From Malacoraja senta (lineage: Eukaryota), in the NCBI GenBank assembly GCA_038087875.1, contig CM075989.1:19966001-20030000 (forward strand): a DNA stretch of 64,000 bases, read 5' to 3'. The translations under genes and the position numbers were made by a program. Below, piece by piece: positions 25,781 through 39,734 of this stretch. Within the stretch, counting starts at the first letter, position 1. The number at the start of each line of letters is the position of its first letter. Under the pieces are notes generated by a model. That model was given only the letters and a program-made list of their open reading frames with translations. It searched no databases and was not told the DNA's origin.

Positions 25781-25864
25781 ACTGTGTATGATCAGTGGTT
25801 TATAACTCTGTACAACATAGTTTACACATCCCTCCCGGTTCTGGCCATGGGTATATTTGATCAG
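25781..25864 (+). CDS. ATP8B4: ATP8B4-like exon 10 (TM6)
   Basis: ttacag acceptor; [34 protein letters not shown] donor; 84 nt. Confidence 0.94.
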
Positions 25865-27087
25865 GTAAGGTAACCTATGTAGTAATTTAAATCTGTTTGG
25901 AAAGGAATAAAGGAATTAGTTTTGTTTTGATGGCTGTATATTATCTTCGAACTTTGCTGATTTGAAGAACATTTCTGAGACTGAGGGGCATCTTTATCAC
26001 TCAGAGGGTGGTGGGTATATGGAACGAGCTGCCAGAGGAGGTAGTTCAGTTCAGTTCATTTTATTGCCATGTTAACTGAAGTTCAGTGGAAAGTTTTTGT
26101 TGCTAACCAGTCAGCGGAAAGACAAGACTTGATTACAATCGAGCCATTCACACTAAACAGATACATGATAAGGGAATAACGTTTAGTGCAAGATAAAGTC
26201 AGATTAAAGAGGTAGATAGTTCACGACTGCTGCGGCTACTATAACAACATTTAAAAGACACTTGGGAAGGTACATGGATAGGAATGTTTAAAGAGATATC
26301 TGTCAAATGCAGGCAAATGAGACTAGCTTAGATCTTGGTCGGCAGGGATGAGTCAGGCCGAAGGGCCTGTTTCCATACTGTATGACTTTATGTCAACAAA
26401 CTTTCCTTCACAACCGAACAGGAAATCAACTAGGACGTTTGAATACCCCAGTGAAGGGAAGGTTCTTGTGTTAACCATGATCAGTACATCGTCATTTGGT
26501 CGAGACATCTATTAAAGATCACTCTGCTCTGAGCCGGTGTTTGAGTACTCAGCTATTGGATCAATACTCATTATTTCAGCAGAATGATGATTTGCAGAAG
26601 ATAGAGTCATACAGCAAGGAAATAGGACGAAGATAGACAAAAAACCCCGGAGTAACTCAGCGGGTCAGGCAGCATCTCTGGAGAGAAGGAACAGGTGACT
26701 TTTCGGGACTTCGTCAGACTCGTCGGAGAGAGGAGGAGAACTTCTTCAAAGAAGGCACACCTTGAGCTGACAAAATTTGTAGGAAGGAGCTGCAGATGCT
26801 GGTTTACACCGAAGATAGACACAAAATGCCGGGACAGGCAGCAGTTGTGGAGAAAAGGGATAGGTGACGTTTTGTGTTGAGACCCTTCTTCGGACCGAGG
26901 TACAGACACAGGTCCAGGTTGAAAGCTAGTTTCTTGGTGATTTCTACACAGCTAAGTATTGTAGCTTCCTGAAAATCTATCGGGTTAAATAAGCATGAGC
27001 CAAATACATTTTTCATTATTGAGTGTGACTTTGTTAGTAACTCACTGCTGGGATCTATCTCTCTCTAATTTTACTCTCTCTCTTTAG

Positions 27088-27333
27088 GATGTCAATGAAC
27101 AGAAAAGTCTGGTATACACAAGGCTCTATGAACCTGGACAACTGAATCTGCTTTTCAATAAGCGGGAGTTCTTTATCTGTATCATCCATGGAGTCTACAC
27201 GTCTATTGTCCTGTTCTTTGTTCCATACGGAGCATTTTGTGATTCAACAAGGGATGATGGGCAGCATCTTTCAGATTATCAGTCGTTTGCGGTTACCGTG
27301 GCAACATCCCTAGTGATGGTGGTCAGCGTGCAG
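27088..27333 (+). CDS. ATP8B4: ATP8B4-like exon 11 (TM7-TM8)
   Basis: tctttag acceptor; DVNEQKSLVYTRLYEPGQLNLLFNKREFFICIIHGVYTSIVLFFVPYGAFCDSTRDDGQHLSDYQSFAVTVATSLVMVVSVQ; GTGAGC donor. Confidence 0.94.
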
Positions 27334-30300
27334 GTGAGCTCAGATTTCAAAATGGCTGCACACGAAACAGGTTTCTTCAGCTGGGCACTGCTTGAAAATC
27401 ATATTTTCAATAATTAGCTTAGTTCAGTTTAGCGATGCACGGTGGAAACAGGCCCTCCGAGTCCGCGCCAACCAGCGATTGCTCCTACATTACTTCTATA
27501 TTGCACGCTAGGCCTCGAGACAATTTTACAGAAGCCAATTAAACCTACAAACTTGTACGGTGGAAACCGGAGCACCCGGAGAAAACCCATGCGGTCAACA
27601 GGGAGAACGTACAAACTCTGTACAGACAGCACCCGTGGTCAGGATCAAACTCGGGTTCTGGTGCTGTAAGGCAGCAACTCTACCGCTGCGCCACCGTGCT
27701 GATGAACTAACTTTTATAAGTTTGATAGCACAGGCCAAAATTATCTACTTAAGTGAATAAAACACACTTTTAGAAGCTGGAACAGTACAGCACAGGAATG
27801 GGTCCTTCAGCCCACAATGTTTGTGCCAAACATGATGCCTAGCTGAACTGAACTTATCAGCCTATACGTGATCCATATCCCTCTGTTCCCTGCACTTGCA
27901 TGGGTCTATCTAAAAGGCTCTTAAATGTCACTATTGTATCTGCCTCCACCATTCCAGGGCCCCACCACTCTGTGTTAAAAACTTGCCCCGCACATCTCCA
28001 TTAAACCTTCCCCCTCTCACATTATACCCATGTCCTCTAGTGTTGGACATTTCCACCATGGAAAAAGGTTCTGACTGTTTTCCCTGTCTATCCCTCTGCT
28101 ATTTTTTTATATACTCACATCAGTATAGCTTCTTTATACGGATGAGCTTCTAGCGAGCCAACGGCCATCCACACTTCAGTAGAAGTTGCGATCACTGTCG
28201 TACATATCATTGTAAGGAATGATGATAAAGCACACCCACCAAAATCCTGTACTTCCAGCGGCGGAAGTCCGCAGGAACTGGAGGACAGAGATGTGTGGTG
28301 CGTCCGTCACCGTTCCCGTTGGAAACCAGCACCACTGTGTCGCTAATGTTTTCAACAATGACGAATGAATGAATGATGACATCCAGTCTCCCCTCAAACT
28401 CCAAGAAAACAATCCCAGTCTATCCAACCTCCATCTGTAGCTGAAACTCTCTAATACAGGCAAAGGATAAGATAAGATGTGGTGGTTTAGAATTGGCAAG
28501 TTGATGGAGAAATATTTAAGAGAGGTGATAAAAGCGGTGATAGATGATCTTCCCCGGACTATATCTTTGGTTGTACGAAGGACTTTGGTTTTGCACTGTT
28601 CGGGTTACCTAACATTATGGTTTGATTTAGTTGGGTTTAGGGAAACAGCTACTTTGTCCTGAGTCTGTGCTCACTGTTCATCAGTCACTGTTCACCTTAC
28701 TTCTATGTTATCCCACTTTCTTATCCACTCCCTACACACCAGGGGCAATTTAGTGAAGCCAGTTAACTTACAAATCCGAACAGCTTTGGGATGTGGGAGG
28801 AAACTGGAGCACCTGGAGGAAACCCACGTGGTCACAGGGAAAAGTGCAAACTCCGTACAGGCAGCACCCGAGGTCAGGATTGAACCCTGGTCTCTGGCGC
28901 TGTGAAGCAGCAACTTTGCCACCGTGCTGCCCGGATTAATTAATTAATTATCTTTATTTCTATATATTTATCTGTGTGTTATTGCATTTACGGGTGTGTT
29001 AAGCTGCATCAAGTAAGAATTTAATTGTTCCATAAACCAGCATTTAAACATTCATGTTAAAAGCAGCAGTTGATATTTTTAAGGCAGAGATAGACAGATT
29101 CTTGATTAGTACGGGTGTCAGGGGTTATGGGGAGAAGGCAGGAGAATGGGGTTAGGAGGAAGAGATGTATCAGTCATGATTGAATGGCGGAGTTAACTTG
29201 ATGGGCCGAATGGCCTAATTCTGCTATTCAGTAGCTTAACCTCATGACTTATTGTTCCACCAAGTTTGATAAAATTACAAAGCTGAAAATTCAAACCCTC
29301 AGCCGTAGAATTGAAAATCCTACCCACGTACGCCATCCACCGGAAAATGGTGCCTCCGAAAATGAATAGTCCCCATTATTGTAATATCCCCTTAAATACA
29401 TTTTTACTTCAACAAATGTCTCAGAGTACCAGTGGCATTTCCTTCATGTGATATAAAATCATAGTTCAATTAATTCTATCTAAATTCACATATGTACAAT
29501 TTTTAGATGGTATCCAATCTTAGGGTTTTCAAATTAACATTTTCTTTGAGGCGACTGACAGTCACCAAATGGGAGAGAGTTATTCAATTAATTCTGAATC
29601 GCTGGATGAATGGGCCATACTTATGATTCTGAACCACAGTTACCATTGTGTTGATGAACCATGCAATTCGGATCAATTTAACGCTGTGTGGCACATTTGA
29701 CGCATCTTGAATTATGAAATTGGGCTAATTTTCCCACGAGCAACACTGCAAACTGAGAGGAAGTGAACAGTGAGATACATCTAAGTTATAGTTGTCTTTT
29801 ATCTTCCTCTTTCCTTCCCTCCGACCCATTCCACCCACGTCCCTACCCCCAGCTTTAGTTTAACAGTTTGGAGATACAGCACGGAAACAGGCCCTTCGGC
29901 CCACTGAGTCCACGCCATCCGGCGATCCCCGAACACTCACGCTATCATGCACACACCAGGAACAATATACAATTTTACAATTATACCAGCCAAGCCAATT
30001 AACCAACAAACCTGTGCGTCTTTAGAGTGTGGGAGGAAACCGAAGATGCCGGAGAAAACCCACGCAGGTCACGGGGAGAACGTACAAACTCCGTACAGAC
30101 AGCACCCGTAGTCAGGATCGAACCCGGGTCGCTGGCGCTGTGAGTGAGCAGCTTCTCTACACCTGACCCCCTTTATCACCGTTACCCCTCTGACCTTTGC
30201 CCCATACTCCACCCATCTGCCGGTCACCTCCCCCCCCCCTCACCTGTATCCACCTATCACTTGCCAGGCTTTGCCCCACCTCCCACCTATCTTTTACAGC

Positions 30301-31909
30301 TTTCTCCCCACTTCTCCATTCAGTCTGAAGAAGCGTTCGGATGTCCATTCCTTACACAGATGCTGCCTGACCTGTTGAGTTCCTCCAGCACTTTATGTTT
30401 TGAAGCAGTGGACACTATCATTCATATTGGACCAGATAGAAGTATATAAGATTAAGAGAGGCATTAGAGTTTCAGCCTTACAGCGCCAGAGACCCAGGTT
30501 CGATCCTCACTATAGGTACTGTCTATACGGAATTTGCTCATTTTCCCTGTGACTGCGTGGGTTTTCTCCGGGTGCTCCGGTTTCCTCCCACATTCCTAAG
30601 ACATGCAGCTTGTTGGTTAATTGGCTCCTGTAAATTGTCTCCAGTGTGTAGAACAGGAATAGTGCGCGGGTGATCGTGGGTCGGCGCAGACTCGGTGGGC
30701 CGAACGGCCTGTTTCCACTCTGTATTTCCAAACTAAATAACATAATATGTTATTATATCGAACAATTTGGACGTGATGTCAACAGATTCAAAGAGGGAAG
30801 AGTGGGGCAAAAGCAGTTAACTAACACTGCAATGGCAACACTTTTGACAGGACTAACAAGCCTCGAGTGGATATTGTTATTCAAGGAACGTATTTACAAA
30901 AGACACTCAAGATATTGGTCACAAGAGCAAATTATGCCATGAACTAGGAATCCGGACAGCTTCTATCTGTCAGCAAAGGTTGTGGTGGAAGTGGATTTGG
31001 ACTAGGGTTTCTATTTTAAAATTTGCCAAGGTTAAATTGCCTGTTAATCCACTGTGAGGGACACAGAGAGATGGAGTATTTTGCTCAATTTGACAGCCAA
31101 TATAAGCACGAAACATTCTGAGGTCAATTGTAGCCAGTCGAAAGGACAGAAGTATTTTTAATGGGATTAATCAACTGCATATGTGTTTAATATAGAAAGA
31201 CAGTCATATCAATTCAGAAATCAATAACTAGTGAGAGTGATGAAACGTGATCAGTAAAATTGTGCAGCGACCTCCAGAAACTGACACCTGTCAAAACTCC
31301 TGATATATCGATCGCCTCAAATGACTCGGCTCGCAATCATGCAGCTCGAGATCATAGACGTCGGGAAATGATGAACCCTGGACGGCCCTGAATGTGTCAT
31401 TTCCTTTTGCAATTGAGGTGGCAGCAAATGGGGAAGTGAAAGGGCTTTGGAGATGCAGTATACCTACCCAATATCAGAGTAGATAGAGAAATTGCCCGAA
31501 GGTAGACACAAAGTGCTGGAGTAACTCAGTGGGTCAGGCAACAGAAAAGGAAAAGGTGACGTCTTGAGCCTAGACCCTTCTTCAGATTCGACCCGATTCT
31601 CACATCTCCAATCGTCCTTGCAAACTGCTAGAGAAGCACCGTAGAAAGCATAGGGTCAGGTTGCATCACAGCTTGGGAACAGCTCTGCCCAAGACCACAG
31701 TGCATTGTAGAGAGTTGTAGATGCAGCCCTAGTCCATCACACAGACCAGACTTCCCATTATTGATCATAAGTGATAGGAGCAGTATTTGGCCATTCGACC
31801 CATCAAGTCTACTCCGCCATTCAACCACAGCTGATCTGTCTCCCCCACCTAACCCCATTCTCCTGTCTTCTCACCATAACCTCTGACACCCGTACTAATC
31901 ATTTGATAA

Positions 31910-32607
31910 AGTAAGCATGCAGGTACAGCAGGCAGTGAAGAAAGTGAATGGCATGTTATCCTATATAATATGAGATTGAGTATAGGAGTAAAGAGGTCCT
32001 TCTGCAGTTGTACAGGGCCCAAGTGAGACCACACCTGGAATATTGTGAGCAGTTTTGGTCTCCAAACTTGAGGAAGGACATTCCTGTTATTGAGGGAATG
32101 CAGCGTAGGTTCACGAGGTTAATTCCCAGGATGGCGGGACTGTCATATGTTGATAGATTGAAGCGGCTGGGCTTGTATATTCTGGAAATTAGAAGGATGA
32201 GGGGGATCTTATTGAAACATATAAGATTATGTTTAACATATAAGATAAGGGTTTGGACACGCTAGAGGCAGGAAACATGTTCCCAATGTTGGGAGAGTCC
32301 AGAACCAGGGGCCATAGTTTAAGAATAAGTGGTAAGCCATTTAGAACGGAGATGAGGAAAAACGTTTTCACACAGAGAGTTGTGAGTGTGTGGAATTCTC
32401 TGCTTCAGAGGGCGGTGGAGGCTGGTTCTCTGGATGTTTCCAAGAGAGAGTTAGATAGAGCTCTTAAGGATAGCAAGTTAAGGGATATGGAGAGAAGGCA
32501 GGAACTGGGTACTGATTGTGGATGATCAGCCATGATCACATTGAATGGCGGTGCTGGCTCAAAGGGCCGAATGGCCTACTTCTGCACCTATTGTCTATTG
32601 TCTATTG
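31910..32607 (+). mobile_element. CR1 LINE 3' fragment
   Basis: YRAQVRPHLEYCEQFWSP...; frameshifted; (CTATTGT)n tail. Confidence 0.9.
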
Positions 32608-34884
32608 ACTCCATCTACACATCACGCTGCCTCAGGAAAGCAGCCAACACAATCAAAGCCTTGTCCCACCCCGGTCATTCCTTCTTCTCCCTTCGTATCT
32701 TCTGTCTGGCAGAAGATACAGAAGCTTGAAAGTGCTCATCACCAGACTCAGGAACAGCTTCGTCACCTCTGTAATCAGGTCCTTCACTTTATATAGGGTA
32801 CTGTCCGATTCACTTCTACCCTTTGGCGGATATTGGACTTTGCCTATGGACCTGATGCACTGCAATGCTGAGAACTATCTTCTGTACTTTGTACCTTCCC
32901 CTTTGTCATACCTATTTTACTTGTGTCCCACTCGGTTGTATTTATGTGTAGTATTATCCGATCAGGCAGAACAACGCTTTTCACCGTGCCTTGGTACACG
33001 TGACAATAATAAGTCTGAACCTAAACCTAGTAAAGGATCTGAAGGGTTGCAGAATAGACTCGGGACATTTTATCTGTGCAATATTTTCTGTTTTTCTTCT
33101 TCTTACGTTCTTGTGGCTCAGGAGTTCCAAGAATTTCTTGCACAGATTTGCAAGATGCCACTGTGTTAGACAACAACCACCAGGCTTTTGAATATTAGTA
33201 AAAACCAACAAAACTTCAAACTCTGAACTGTCTTGGTTGCAACAGCGACTTTGGGCCTTTGGTTTGTTTTGAACACATTTTGAGATTTTTTTTCTTATTA
33301 GTTGTTTGATTATTATGTTATGTATGGAGTATTGTGTTTGCGGGCCTGTTATGCTGTTGTAAGTAAGAATTTCATTGTTCAGTTTTAGCACCTACAGCAG
33401 TTAAACCACTATGTAGAAACAAAGAACTGCAGATGCTGGTTTCAACCAAAGATAGACACAAAGTGCAGGTGTAACTCAGCAGTCATGCAGCATCTCTGGA
33501 GAACAAGGATAGGTGCTGTTTTGAGTCAGGACCCTTCTTCAGACTCCTTCTTCAACTGTATTGTTCTGGCCTTCTCTATCTTTCAGTCTGAAGTAGGGTC
33601 CCGATCCGAAATGTCCCTTATCCTTGTTCTCCAAAGTTGCTGCCTGACCCACTGAGTTACTCCAGCACTTGGTGTCCATCCTTGACAATTAAGGATTCTT
33701 GACTCTGGAGTTCCAGGATTGGGATAACTCTCCCTCAATACAAGATACACAAGTTGGAAAATCTAGTGGATGGAAAATAGGAATTGAAACCATATCCTTC
33801 TGGTAGGGTCCAGAATTCAGTACAATCTCAAGTGGGAAAGGAAAATCGTGAAATATGTGATCACTGAATCACTATATCACTGTAGTGTGACCACTTTGAA
33901 GCTTAAGTTGCAACCTTATATTCCCCTTAATTTTCTCTCCATGGTGAATGAGATCAAGGGCTAATTACAACAAGAGCACTTGTAACAACTAGAACATGAC
34001 CTTGAATTTGAAAACAGAATGGATCAGTGGTTATTTTTAAAAGCCGTACATACAGTTGGACAAAGCAATGTTGGATGCTTTTCGTTAAACAGCAGGTGAA
34101 AGGTGCAGTCCTGATGTGGGCATCAAGTTAATGAGAAGCTCAGATGTGACCTGGCCTTATGACAAATGCTGGCATGCATTTGTTAACATTTCTTTTCAAT
34201 TAAGGTTTTTATGCAATTGATTAAATACTGTGGCGTTCAAAGTTGAACAGATATTCCTGATTAGAGCATAAAACAGTGCAGCACAGGAACAGGCCCTTCG
34301 GCCCACCAAGTCCATGCCGAACACGATGGCAAGTTAAACTAATCTCTTCTGCAAGCATGTATTCCATATCCCTCCATTCCTGCGTATCCATGTGCCTATC
34401 TAAAAGCCACTTAAATGCCCCTGTTGTAACAGCCTCCAATGCCACCTCTGGTAGTGCGTTCCAGGCACCCACCACTCTCTGTGTAAAGATCTTGGCCTGC
34501 ATATCTCCTTGAACTTTCCCCCTATCGCCTAAAGTTATATTAAGCTTAACCTTAAAGCTTAAAGCTACCGGTAGAGTTGCTGCCTTACAGTGTCAGTGAC
34601 CCAAGTTTGATCCTGACTACGGGTGCTGTCTGTACAGAGTTTGTACGTTCTCCCCTTGACCTGCGTGGGTTTTCTCTGGGAGCTCCGGTTTCCTCCTACA
34701 TTCCAAAGACGTACAGGCTTGTAAGCTAATTGTAAATTGTCCATAATGTGTGTAGGAATAGTGTTAGTGTGTGGGGATCACTGGTTGGCATCACCAAGCC
34801 TCTAAATCAGCTTCTTAAGACATCGAGGAACAGGTAATAAATGCAAGCAAAACCTTCATACCAGAACTTAATAATTTTCAAAAA

Positions 34885-35190
34885 GGGCGGCATGGTGGCG
34901 CAGCGGTAGAGTTGCTGCCTTACAGCGCCAGAGACCCTGACTCTGGGTGCTGTCTGTATGGAGTTTGTACATTCTCTGCGTGACCACGTGGGTTTTCTCC
35001 GGGTGCTCCGGTTTCCTCCCACACTCCAAAGACGTGCAGGTTTGTAGGTTAATGGGCTTAGTTAAAAATTATAAGTTGTCCCGAGTGTGTGTAGGATAGT
35101 GCCAGTGTACGGGGTGATCGCTGGCCAGCGCAGACTCGGTGGGCCGAAGGACCTGTTTCTGCGCTTTATCTGTAAATTAAACTAAACTAG
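34885..35190 (+). mobile_element. HE1/V-SINE-type SINE
   Basis: Same head/core/tail as other copies. Confidence 0.85.
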
Positions 35191-36403
35191 TCTAGTCTTT
35201 GAAATTTCCACCCTGGAAACAGGTTCTGACTGTCCACCCTATCCACGCCTCTCACAATTTTTATCTGGTCTCCCCTCAGCCTCCGACACTCCAAAGAAAA
35301 CAATACAGGTTTGTCCAACCTCTCCCTATAACTAATACTGTCTCATCCAGGGAGCATTCTTTTCTGCACCCTAATTAATTAAAACTACAAGGCATTTTTT
35401 ATGCAGCATTTATCAGCTTTTAGATTTTGCTTGTAATTTAGTCATTACCAGAGACTATTCTGTTTTAATTTCCACTGTGCACAGTCTGTAAGAAGTGTAT
35501 TTGGACGATAGGTAGTTTAGATCTTTATCTATGATCCTTGGAAGTCACGTCATTAAATTCAAATGTGTAGGAAGGAACTGCAGGTGCAGGTTTAAACCGG
35601 AGATAGACACAAAAGGCTGGAGTAGCTCAGCAGGTCAGACAGCACCTCTGGAGAAAAGGAATAGGTGACGTTTCGGGTCGAGACCCTTCTTCAGGCGAGG
35701 TCTGAACCAGGGTCTCGACCCGAAACATCACCTATTCCTTTTCTCTAGTGATGCTGTCATTGTGACCCACTGAGTTACTCCAGCTTTCTGTGTCTCTTCA
35801 TATTAAATCCGAATTATGGCACCAGGAGGCAAGAAGGCAAACTGAATTCTGAGACTGAATCATAAATGCAATTCAAAGGATTGAAATTCTTCTCCACCTT
35901 CAAGACCAGATGTGTTTGTAAAGTGGTTCTAATGACAACCTTGTTGCATTATGAATGACCTTGCTCATTCTGGCTGCAAATTGCAGCTTTGGAAGATTAA
36001 TGTAATCATAAATTACAGGAAGCCCTTAGTAACTTTATTTGATGGTGTTAAATGATATGTACAGAGAGGTTAACTGATCTGAGAGTAGAAGGGATAACAG
36101 ATGGAAGCTTTCTCTCAGCAAGTCATATTTGACTCAAAGATCCTTGATAGGTACATGGTTAGGAATGGGTTAACATTAATGGGACAGAGCTGTTAAAACA
36201 AGCAAGTGAATAGCTTTATGTTTGGAAGTGGAATGTATATGCTTTCACTCTTTGTAAGAATTGAACCTTTCCAACATAGAACGTTACACAGTACAGCACA
36301 GGAACAGGCCCTTCAGCCCACAATGTCCGTGCCGAACATGATGCCTAGTAAAACTGATCTCCTCTGCCTGCACGCTATCCACATCCCTCCATTCCCTATC
36401 ATG

Positions 36404-37132
36404 CAGGCACGGAAATCGCTATCAAAATATGGAGGGGACCGGGGGACAGGGGGGACACAATTTTTTGTCGCCCGCGCGCGCATGCACACACTCACACACA
36501 CACGTGCGAGGCTTCGGAGGCTCAATCCAGCGCTTAATGCAGCTCAACTCTGCCTGTCTCGCCGGGTTAACCTAGAGCCCTGCCTGGACACCAGCACTGC
36601 TCCACGCTGGCCATATTTCCCGCAAGTCCAGGAGGGGCTGTAGGTTCACCTGGCGGGACAGGCAGAGTGAGCTGGGTTTTGCGCTGCTTCTCTGCTCTGG
36701 CTGTGGGCCTGGGGGCACAGCTTCCGTCTGACTCCTGACGTCTCTGGCCACCCATGGGGGGCACTTGGGTGGGGACGGGACAGCGCCGGAGAGCCGGCCG
36801 GGATCGATCCTGGCTGCGGATGAGGCGCAGGTCTGTGCCACGTCTCCCTCCTCCAATCACCGCGCTCTATCCTCAGTCCCACCCCCCTACTCCTCCCTCC
36901 TCCAATCATCGCGCTGAATCATCATGTCCCGCCCCCATTGCCTGCTGACCGACGTCTCTCTCGTCCAATCGGCGCCCTCGATCAGCAGTCCCACCCCCAC
37001 TGTCTCACGGAAAGCGGAGATTTCACCGGGTTTTAAACTCCTGATTACAAATACTTGGGGGGAATGTCCCCCACCTCTCAAAACAGAGGGGGGACGTGTC
37101 CCCCCTGGCCCCCCCCGGGTTTTCCGCCCCTG
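36404..37132. mobile_element. Non-autonomous hAT-type DNA transposon inserted in a CR1 3' fragment
   Basis: Perfect 8-bp TSD CTATCATG (36396-36403, 37133-37140); imperfect TIR CAGGCACGGAAA / TTTCCGCCCCTG. Confidence 0.85.
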
Positions 37133-37684
37133 CTATCATGTGCCTATCTAAAAGCTTCTTAAAGGCCACTATTGTATCTGCCTCCACCACCACCACCCAT
37201 GGCACCACATTCCAGGCACCAACCACTCTGTGTAAAGAAAACTTGCCCAGCATATCTCCTTTAAACTTTGCCCCTCTCACCTTAAAACTATGCCCTCTGA
37301 TTTTTAACATTTCCACCCTGGTAGAAATGGTTCCGACTCTCCACCATTGTAGGTTAATTACCTAAAATTGGAGAATTCAATGTTCCTACCTGTCTTGTAA
37401 TTTGTGTATACTTCTACCATGGCTTCCCTCAACCTCCAATGCTCCAGAGAAAACAATCCAACCTTTTCTCTCTTGTGGAAGTTCAATTTCATTAGTTACA
37501 ACAAGCCAGGCACTGATCTACGTAACTTTAGTTAGGTTGTTTGACACACCTTCTACAATTAGTATCAATCTTCTTGCCAATGTGACAATTCAAGTAAACA
37601 ATCCCACTCACATATCCCTGGCATGGGCGGGTGGCTTTACAGTACTCAGTTGTGGACTGTTCTTGGGACTCATAAGTTCACAAC

Positions 37685-38045
37685 CTCATAAGTAATAAAG
37701 AAGCAGAATTAGGCCATTTGGCCCATCAAGTCTACTTTGCCATTCAATCATGGCTGATCTGTCTCTCCTTCTGAACCCTATTCTACTGCCTTCTCCCCAT
37801 AACCCCTGACACCCGTACTAATCAAGAAACTACCTTCTCTGCCTTAAAAAATGTCCATTGCCTTGGCCTCCACAGCCTTCTGTGGCAAAGAATTCCACAG
37901 ATTCACCACCCTCTGATTAAAGAAATTCCTCCTCATCTCCTTCCTAAAGGAAAGTCCTTTAATTCTGAGGCTATGACCTCTGGTCCTAGACTCTCCCACC
38001 AGTGGAAACATCCTCTCCACATCCACTCTATCCAAGCCTTTCACT
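37685..38045 (-). mobile_element. CR1 LINE 3' fragment
   Basis: KGLDRVDVERMFPLVGESRTRGHSLRIKG...LWNSLPQKAVEA. Confidence 0.9.
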
Positions 38046-39595
38046 CATGCCCCATTTCTACTTGATGGGCCTGGCACATTACGTATGCTGCCGTTCTACA
38101 TATAACAGTGGACCTCTTCAGATGCAGAATAATTTCTTGTTCAGTATCTCATTGCTGTTTATAGAACCTTGCAATATGCAAAAAGCTGCTAGGTCTTCCA
38201 ACGTTACAACTGTGAGTAAAACACAAAGTGCTGGAGTCACTCAACAGATATGGTTACATCTCTGGAGGACATGGACAAAGGTTGAGATTGGAAACCATCA
38301 TCAATGAGAACTACAACCAAATTCTCCTTGAAAGTATTTATTTGGTTGTAAAGAGTTTCTTGACCCAAAACATCACCCATTCCTTCTCTCCAGAGATGCT
38401 GCCTGTCCCGCTGAGTTACTCCAGAATTTTGTGTCTATCTTGGGTATACACCAGCATCTGCAGTTCATTCCTGCACACTTCTTGATATGCCTGTTCCTTT
38501 TGCTGACTTCCACTCTTTCCTTTTCCCTGGCGGAGTTAAATGCACATCATAAGATGCCTCCCAGTTTATTCAGTGTTGTATTATAAATTTAAAAGCGCTG
38601 CAGTAACTCAGCAGATCAGGCAGCATCTCTGGGGAATATGGATAGGTGACGTTTCAGGTCAGGATCCTTCTGCAGGCTGATTGTGCTGGGGTTTGGAGAA
38701 GGCTGGAAGAGAGCAGGGGCAGGACAACGCCTGGCAAGTGATAGGTGGATGGAGGTGAGGGTGGGGGGGGGGGGGGTTCTTGGTGGGCAGTTTGTTGGAC
38801 AATGGCCAAAGATGAAAAAAAATGTGGGATATGAATAGAAATAGTGTGAATTGTGAAGCGGGAGGGCAGGAATATGGATGGAAGGGTAGGGAGAAGGGGA
38901 GAAATGGGCACGGGTTCAGGAGGAGAGGGGGGATTAGAAAGGAAAGGGAGAAGGAGGGAGACGAGGGGTGGAGGAGATTGCAGTGAGTCACCTAAAAGTT
39001 GAGAAATCAATCTTTGCATCATTGGGTGGTAAGCTACCCGAGCAGGTATAATTATTTTAGAGTGAATAATATATCATAATTATTGTTATAGAGGCAATAT
39101 GATTTGGATAGACAATAATAATGAAATATAATTCACTCTAAAATATCACAGTGCAACTAGTGGACTTTATTGCCACCTGCAGGACAAATAGTGGCATCCA
39201 CCAAAGAGAATGAAAATCGTAACGACAAAAGAGGCAGCAGAGGGCAGCACGGTGGGGCAGCTGGTAGTGCCGCTGCCTCACAGCGCTAGAGACCCCGGTT
39301 CGATCCTGACCACGGGTGCTGTCTGTGTGGGGTTTCCACCTTCTCCCTGTGACCACGTGGGTTTCCTCCGGGTGCTCTGGTTTCCTCCCACATCCCGAAG
39401 ACTTGCTGGTTTGCAGGTTAATTGGCCCTGTGTAAAATTGCCCCCCCCCCTAGTGTGTAGAGAGTGGATGCGAAAGTGGGATAGTGTGAAGGGGTGATCG
39501 GTGTTCTGCGCGGAGTCAGTGGGCCGAAGGGCCTGTTTCCATGCTGTCTCTCTAAAACTAAAACTAAAAAGCTTTTTTTCTGATTTTCTTCGCAG

Positions 39596-39734
39596 ATTGG
39601 GCTTGACACTAGCTATTGGACAGCAGTCAATCACTTCTTCATATGGGGCAGTGTGATGGTTTATTTTTCCATCTTGTTTGCGATGCATAGTAACGGACTC
39701 TTCTCGATATTTCAAAGCCAATTTCCTTTTGTTG
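39596..39734 (+). CDS. ATP8B4: ATP8B4-like exon 12 (TM9)
   Basis: ttcgcag acceptor; IGLDTSYWTAVNHFFIWGSVMVYFSILFAMHSNGLFSIFQSQFPFV; G|GTAAGT. Confidence 0.94.
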
